Position numbers and translations under genes: made by a program. Shown one piece after another: positions 61,960-64,000 of a stretch of 64,000 nt of DNA. This DNA is from Anthoceros angustus (taxonomy: Eukaryota > Plantae > Anthocerotophyta). Numbering within the stretch: position 1 is the first letter of the stretch; each line of letters begins with the position of its first letter. The stretch spans positions 1 to 64,000 of the forward strand of contig MU008205.1 in the NCBI GenBank assembly GCA_010909165.1, in the 5' to 3' direction. The notes under the pieces are model-generated. The model was not told where the DNA came from, did no database searches, and worked only from the letters and a program-made list of their open reading frames with translations.

Positions 61960-62448
61960 TGCCCCCAACCACACACTTCCCTTCAGCTCCCCAGAAAGTC
62001 GGTCACGACCCAGTACCCGATCTGTCCACCCAGCACAACACCGGAGGGGTGAGATTGCCTCTCTATACCATCTGCCTGCCTAGCCCGAGTGCGCCGACGC
62101 CAGCAGCTTGCGACTGGCAGTTGCTCGTCCACCAGCTCCTGGGCCTTTTGTTTCGTGGCCTTTCACGTGAAGCTCGTGACGAGAAACGAGCCATACAGGG
62201 TAGTTGCATAGGTATATAATGAGCAGACAATTAAAAAATTACATCACGTCTGGTATTTGTTGCCATTTTCCCCGTTGGTGCTTGGGACAGCGGCACGGGA
62301 GGCAGATGGGATGCATCACGAAACGGGCGGCTATCGGTTGTCACTGATGATCAACGTTGGCGAGGAATGATAACGGGTGCTTATTAGAGGAGCTGGAAGT
62401 GGGGAGTGAGGAATTTCGTCGTTCGTCGCTCTGTCGGCTCATAACAAG

Positions 62449-63475
62449 ATGAGGAATGTCGATGGCCAGGACGATGATGATGATGGAGTGCAGCCGAAGA
62501 AGAGAAAACTGACCAAATCCGCTTCCAGGAGTTCGTTGGACCAGTTTGGAGGCGAGTTGGACTCTCCTACTGCTTCTCTGTCGCAGATGTCAGCTGGGGG
62601 TTCAGAAGGAGGATGGGACGAAGGACCCTCAGGTGGAGGAGGCGGAGGAGCGGCGAGTAAGGCAGCTGCGAACAAGGGCAAGGGTAAGAAGGTGGCAAAA
62701 CCTTCTAGTCCTTTGAACAGCGATGACGAAGGTGAGCTACCGCCACTGTCACAGAATTCAGGGGGAAAAGGGTTGAAAGATGAGGAGGAGGAGGAGGAAG
62801 AGGAGAACGTGGACCAAGAGTTCGCTAAGCAGAGTACCAGAGAAAAAGACAAGATAAAGTAAGAGGTCGGAGATGTCCACTGGTGCCGTGCAAGATTATC
62901 TCGCCCTATCTTGTCTTTGTTGCTTCTTCCTGCTGCTAATCCTTGTCTTCCGACTTTGCAGCGCTGTTATGGTAAAATTCACACCCGACCAGATGAGTCG
63001 GTATGAATGCTATCGTCGTTCTGGTTTTCAGCGGTCCAACATGCGGCGGGTATGTGTCTTGCCTTTCTCCCTGGCTGGTTAAGTGTGAAGTCCGATGTTC
63101 CATGTGATCAATTTCTGGATCGCAATATGTACGTGCTGTGTGACCATCTGAGAAGTGAGTTGTTGCGCAGCTGCTATCAAGCGTGGCAGGGTGTCCAATC
63201 TCTGTGCCTATGACGATTGTTATGTCAGGAATTGCCAAGATGTTTGTTGGAGAGCTTGTGGAGACGGGTAAGTAGTGTGTTTGTTTTCCTTGGCCTTTCT
63301 GTGTCTTTCACCATGCTGGTTACTGATTGATGTGCCTTAAGGTGCAGGGAGAACAGTGATGACAGAGAGAAAGGACACTGGTCCCATTCGGCCTTGTCAT
63401 ATTCGAGAGGCTTACAGGCGTTTGAAGCTGGAGAACAAGGTGCCTTTGAAGCATCGTCCCAGGCTTTTCAGATAG
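62449..63475 (+). CDS. TAF11: TFIID subunit 11 (histone-fold TAF11), 4 exons
   Basis: Acidic low-complexity exon 62449-62858, then 62962- (FTPDQMSRYECYRRSGFQRSNMRR), TIVMSGIAKMFVGELVET and GPIRPCHIREAYRRLKLE; stop at 63473-63475. The start codon is not certain. Confidence 0.9.
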
Positions 63476-63731
63476 CAAGACTTTGTTTCATAGTACCTAC
63501 TCCAACTCGTTGCACTCTGTACCATTTATTCAAACTGAGCAACTTATTCAAACTGTTTAATTCCGTTGTGACTATTCAATTTCGAATCAATTCATGAGAG
63601 TTGCAAGTTGGACCTCGCCGAGGACCCAGCAAAAATTGTTAAATTAACAGACCTAATCTCCTACCGAGGGCACAAGAAAGGCAACCTCCAGGTTGCCCCA
63701 GAGGCACGCGGATCGCCTGAGGGATAAGCTG

Positions 63732-64000
63732 TCATACATAACCCACGCCGGGCAGTGGCTTGACGTATCGGCCGACAGCCTTCTGTCTATAACGGGTGCG
63801 CATGCGAGCAATCCGTTCCTTGTTTTTCTGTTTCCTGTCCATTTTCTCCTGAAGCCTTCCAAGCCTTTCCCTATCAACCATTCCTTGCCAAAATACTTCC
63901 CCAGTTTTAGGCCAGAGCCAATTTCTGGAAGTGCCATTTACATCAGCGAATTCCGCGAGGTCTTCATCCATTGCCTTCAACGTTGTCAGATTAAACCATT
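63732..64000 (-). CDS. 3' end of an unidentified protein-coding gene running off the window
   Basis: Open frame ..LKAMDEDLAEFADVNGTSRNWLWPKTGEVFWQGMVDRERLGRLQEKMDRKQKNKERIARMRTRYRQKAVGRYVKPLPGVGYV*. It is protein-like and convergent with TAF11, but the family is not confidently recognised. Confidence 0.55.
   Translation of the reverse strand, partial: WFNLTTLKAMDEDLAEFADVNGTSRNWLWPKTGEVFWQGMVDRERLGRLQEKMDRKQKNKERIARMRTRYRQKAVGRYVKPLPGVGYV

Overview
Eukaryotic nuclear DNA from a compact, non-seed land-plant genome. The inference rests on short GT-AG introns of about 75-150 bp, plant-type gene families and a centriole/cilium gene (C2CD3-like), and fits a hornwort or Selaginella-like lycophyte. 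Left to right: a Ty1/copia gag-bearing element end and a decayed gypsy-like gag remnant (1-5.9 kb); a rearranged ALG2 mannosyltransferase locus with an inverted fragment, a 5' fragment and a 1.9-kb tandem duplication (6.1-12.9 kb); a C2CD3-like gene; two tandem 2OG-Fe(II) dioxygenases; alpha-tubulin; a decayed RDR-gamma (RDR3/4/5-type) RNA-dependent RNA polymerase copy; an ~18-kb repeat-rich block containing an 11.2-kb CACTA/EnSpm element with near-perfect TIRs and a 3-bp TSD; an apparently intact RDR-gamma gene with a DLDGD motif; then DCI1, a trypsin-fold pseudo-protease, PMM, TAF11 and the 3' end of an unidentified gene. The most unusual signal is a 2.3-kb TTAA-flanked segment nested just upstream of the CACTA transposase (44231-46529). 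By manual translation across frameshifts it resembles a Kolobok-type DNA transposon (THAP-like start, DDE transposase motifs and a convergent KolX-like gene), a group I know mainly from animals and other non-embryophytes. Multi-copy regions carry many 1-3 nt deletions while single-copy genes are clean, so some 'pseudogene' lesions may be long-read consensus errors. All family assignments come from remembered consensus motifs; no searches were run.
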